DNA of 64,000 nt, from NCBI GenBank assembly GCA_951406725.2, contig OX597822.1, positions 90,396,001 to 90,460,000 on the forward strand. Direction: 5' to 3'. The stretch's first letter is position 1. Every line of letters begins with the position of its first letter. This document shows positions 61,856 to 64,000 of the stretch, in pieces. The translations under genes and the position numbers were made by a program. The stretch is from Octopus vulgaris (Eukaryota). The notes below the pieces were generated by a model. That model had not been told where the DNA came from. It was given only the letters and a program-made list of their open reading frames with translations, and made no database searches.

Positions 61856-63449
61856 GTATGTATAGCATTACTTTCATTCTAATTCTATATCAGTAACTCT
61901 TTGTTTTGTAAGTAATATGTAGGAGCTTCATAATGCTATGTGTAATCTTTGAACTATTGGATAATTTCTCAACTGCTGTACCAGTGTATTTCCTTCATTC
62001 ATCCTGTGTACCTCATACATGCTTACATTTTCCAAATGATGTTACCAGTTCACACAAAAACATTCTGACAAGCAAAACCTTTCATGTATTTTTTCTTCCC
62101 ACCTCTTTTGCTGCTACTTCAATAGTTTCTGCTCGTTTGAATTTTCCCACATTCCTATTACTATAAATAAAACCTTTTTCTCATGTACTAAATACTTTGT
62201 CCAAGCTTTCATTCCAAGAGCTTGGCTGTTTAGAAACCTTCTTGCTCACATTTTCTTAACAAGCTTCTTTATCAAGATGTTTGTTGATTCTTTGAGCTGT
62301 TTTTAAATGAAGCAGGAAAACTGACATGCAGGTCTCTCAGGTCCTTCGGGAGGATATTGAAGAGCTGTGGACCTCTGAAGCCCAGGCTATCACAGTATCT
62401 TGTCCTACATCTTGATGGTAAATTTGGAGTCCTTGGCACTATGCAGTGGCACCCAGTTCTAATCTTTGTGTAGCTCTCGATGCCAGATCTTTTCAGGGTG
62501 ATGGCCCTGCTCCGGCCTCTCACATCTACCCTACAATGTCATTCTAAAAATAAACAATCACATCATCAAAATCTCTAAGTTACAAGATAATGCATGATTA
62601 ATTCAAAGCAGTGTGAATAAATAAGTATCACATTTGACAGAGTAATCTGAATGTTAAAGGGTTAAAGAGTTTAATGTTCAGGACCATGTTAAGAATATTC
62701 TCTTCAAATGTATCCAAAGGGTGATTATGTGGTGGAGATATACAGGCCCCAAAAGTTCTGCAGTATATTTTGCTTCTAAGAATCTTCCATTATTCTTGTC
62801 AAAGTAGAAAGCCTACTATCTCACTCTAGCAATAAGGGCATTTATTTTTGTATAGCATCAATACTAGGTATGTCTTCCTGCTTGTTGTTGGTAAAGTTTT
62901 GGGGAGATAATTTCAGATATTACTTGTCCAAGCTGAAACTTCTCTAGATTGGTGTTAGGTGAACTCACCAAAAAGGAGTATTAATATTAAATGTTATGCC
63001 CAAATGCACCACACTTTATCAGAATTTTTTTACTGTATCCAGTAAAACATTCTACTCCCAATCTTTACTGTGTAAGCAAAACATGGAAAGGTTTCTCTCC
63101 CCTGTGTTGTTCCCCATCATTAGCACCTCACTCACCTATTGCAACCCCTACCTCTTGTATCACTTCACTTATTCTTACCACCCCCAATATCCCTTCAGTG
63201 CATGTCTCGATACATGTTCAGCACCATCTTTCTCACTATTGCTCTCCTCATCTTACTCTCTCAAACATCTTTCTTTATCTTACTCTGTAACTTACTCTCC
63301 TTACTCTTCCATCTTAGGTATTTATAAATCTACTCTACAGCAGGACACCTATCCTTGTCCTGCTTTACCTTTGATCTCACAAGTAGCTCAATGCCACCGC
63401 CACTCAATACTACTTTCCCCCTCCCATCCAAGGAGTTTTGTCTTCCAAG

Positions 63450-64000
63450 TTGCTTGGTGACCCTATTGGTGCAGTTGCCACATAAAAAGCACCCAGTACT
63501 TGATTGGCATTAGAAAGGGTATCCAGGTGTACAAACCATACTAAAACAGACAATCTGGTGCCTGGTGCAGCTCGCAGCCATACCAGCTCCTGTCAAGCTG
63601 TCTAACCCATGCCGGAATGGAACATAGACATTAAATGATCACACACACACACACCTCTACCAGAAATCAGTTTGCCAAAACGAATAGGTCTTCTCAAGAA
63701 CTGCATATCACCAGTCATCCCGTTCCTATGTCCTTCACCAATTTGTCCCATGTCTTCCTCTTTCAATAGCCCCTCTTAAGTTATCATCACTTCTTTACAT
63801 AGCTGTCTTCTTCCATACATGTCACATGTTCATACCAGTGTAGTCTTTATCTTGCACATTGCATCTAATTCCTCTTACATTCAGTTTTTCTCTCAGTACA
63901 TTTGTGCTATACTATTCATGCACATAGCATTATACATCCAATGAAACATGCTAAATTCATGTCTTTTAGTTTTCTCAAGTCTTCTGCATTCAAGGCCCAT
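63450..64000. mobile_element. RTE 3' tail (+, 63450-63640) and decayed RTE C-terminus (-, 63670-64000)
   Basis: aaaagcacccagtac..ggcattagaaagggtatccag tail. The minus strand gives LREKLNVRGIRCNVQ..HWYEHV. Confidence 0.7.

Noticed and set aside
62991-63460. Overlapping 99-154 aa ORFs as the next MED1 exon
   Set aside because: They lack the expected CxSIPVTMR-like continuation. The sequence is pyrimidine-rich decayed repeat.

Overview
This is AT-rich, intron-rich eukaryotic genomic DNA. Its RTE LINE, tRNA-SINE, TTAA-MITE and microsatellite content suggests a coleoid cephalopod (Octopus-like); that assignment is inferred. The only recognisable host gene is MED1 (Mediator subunit 1) on the + strand. 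I read 14 coding exons by hand (31207-61855, 1445 nt, about 481 codons). All have GT-AG boundaries and consistent phases. There is also a probable 5'UTR exon at 21311-21489. The first exon/promoter was not located, and the large 3' exon lies beyond the window. The rest is mostly decayed transposons: hAT, piggyBac, Tc1/mariner, Helitron, RTE, CR1/L2-like, R4-like, Penelope-like and SINEs. The most notable observations are: (i) a spliced 35-codon uORF whose TGA overlaps the MED1 ATG (ATGA), in a start exon that begins with an AG|GTAAGT recursive-splice-like site; (ii) four hammerhead-ribozyme-like motifs, one of them in a tRNA-headed element with a 13-bp TSD; (iii) two piggyBac relics whose ends match two MITE families present in the same window; (iv) several long inverted repeats that could form dsRNA substrates for ADAR.
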